Of a stretch of 64,000 nt of DNA, positions 63,911 through 64,000 are shown piece after piece. The translations under genes and the position numbers were made by a program. The notes under the pieces were generated by a model. That model was not told the DNA's origin and searched no databases. It worked only from the letters and a program-made list of their open reading frames with translations. The stretch's first letter is position 1; each line of letters opens with the position of its first letter. The DNA comes from Octopus sinensis (Eukaryota), in assembly GCF_006345805.1 (NCBI RefSeq), contig NC_043012.1, positions 35,712,001-35,776,000 on the forward strand, given 5' to 3'.

Positions 63911-64000
63911 GGACTACCCCACCCCTTACACTCATACTACATGTATTTATTCTTTCATGGAGTTACATGTTCATGTATAACTTGGTCAAGTATCACCATT

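Overview
This is eukaryotic, AT-rich, microsatellite-saturated genomic DNA. The repeat repertoire (tRNA-derived SINEs with CORE/Meta-like domains, RTE LINE with (GAT)n tail, Dong/R4 and Penelope remnants, several Tc1/mariner copies) points to a coleoid cephalopod, most likely Octopus; this is an inference. No intact host protein-coding gene is recognisable, and most ORFs in the track are microsatellite artefacts. Clear elements: a 5'-truncated RTE LINE with a PHD finger inside its RT (12217-15653), a mariner with a nested DD40/41D-like transposon (9407-12090), further mariners, MITEs, many SINEs (several with TSDs), a Dong/R4 3' fragment, a Penelope GIY-YIG remnant, a decayed hAT transposase and a 100-N gap (47592-47691). 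Tentative host features: the 5' end of a minus-strand gene (candidate first exon ~5655-5830, next exon starting at 482), an NRF1/ETS promoter-like cluster at ~30300, and weak exon candidates after the gap. The most notable signal is six type I hammerhead-ribozyme-like motifs in short elements, most of them next to (AT)n or other microsatellites. The best is a ~330-bp, highly structured, non-coding element with a near-canonical hammerhead (22602-22682), which looks like a retrozyme or Penelope pseudo-LTR. Also notable are a ~110-bp-arm palindrome whose transition mismatches are all G.U-compatible on one strand, and a CpG-decay pattern in repeats that appears to mark methylated gene bodies at both window ends.
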